Assembly: GCA_002633005.1 (NCBI GenBank)
Contig: NMRA01000044.1
Coordinates: forward strand, 1,097,207 to 1,161,206
Reading direction: 5' to 3'
DNA: 64,000 nt
From: Phoronis australis
Lineage: Eukaryota; Animalia; Phoronida
The notes beneath the pieces are model-generated. The model made no database searches, was not told the DNA's origin, and was given only the letters and a program-made list of their open reading frames with translations. Shown one piece after another: positions 63,876 through 64,000 of this stretch (positions are counted from its first letter, which is position 1; each line of letters begins with the position of its first letter). Position numbers and translations under genes: made by a program.

Positions 63876-64000
63876 AGTGGCGGATCTAGGATATGACAAG
63901 GGGGGGGGCCCAACATTTTGTCCGGCTGGAAGCATTTGCGCAAACTGAACCACGATTGTAGATGCGCATAGCACCGAATGGGGGGGAGGTCGGGAGGGGG
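63876..64000. mobile_element. Left end of a CAGTGGCGGATCTAG-type non-autonomous element
   Basis: cagtggcggatctagg followed by G tracts; truncated by window end. Confidence 0.4.

Noticed and set aside
1-64000. Prokaryotic operon or defence system, tRNA/rRNA, transposase or reverse transcriptase ORFs
   Set aside because: None recognisable; remaining short ORFs are consistent with chance in AT-rich introns or are antisense to exons.

Overview
AT-rich, intron-rich eukaryotic (animal) DNA. The organism is probably a highly heterozygous marine invertebrate; that is an inference. Two convergent spliced genes are present. (1) Minus strand, 12992 to beyond 62888: the 3' part of a divergent inositol 1,4,5-trisphosphate receptor (ITPR/RyR superfamily) Ca2+ release channel. 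I joined 45 GT-AG exons by hand into one open frame of 6213 nt (about 2070 aa), plus 3 tentative cassette exons. It covers the ARM/RIH regions, RIH-associated domain, S1-S6 pore, C2H2 zinc site and C-tail; the IP3-binding N-terminus lies outside the window. (2) Plus strand, 1357-8981: the last exons of an ER-luminal protein with an EF-hand, an acidic/basic helical tail and a terminal KDEL, possibly a degenerate JmjC/cupin protein. A 6.9 kb block with six channel exons occurs twice around a 700-N gap and is most likely two haplotypes assembled in tandem. Introns hold MITE-like repeats, microsatellites and minisatellites. Most notable: a non-canonical selectivity filter (RYGLVGD), a vinculin/ActA-like DFPPPPPE Ena/VASP-type motif in the channel tail, and several minisatellites that have duplicated the gene's own splice sites. 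No prokaryotic system, CRISPR array, tRNA or rRNA was seen.
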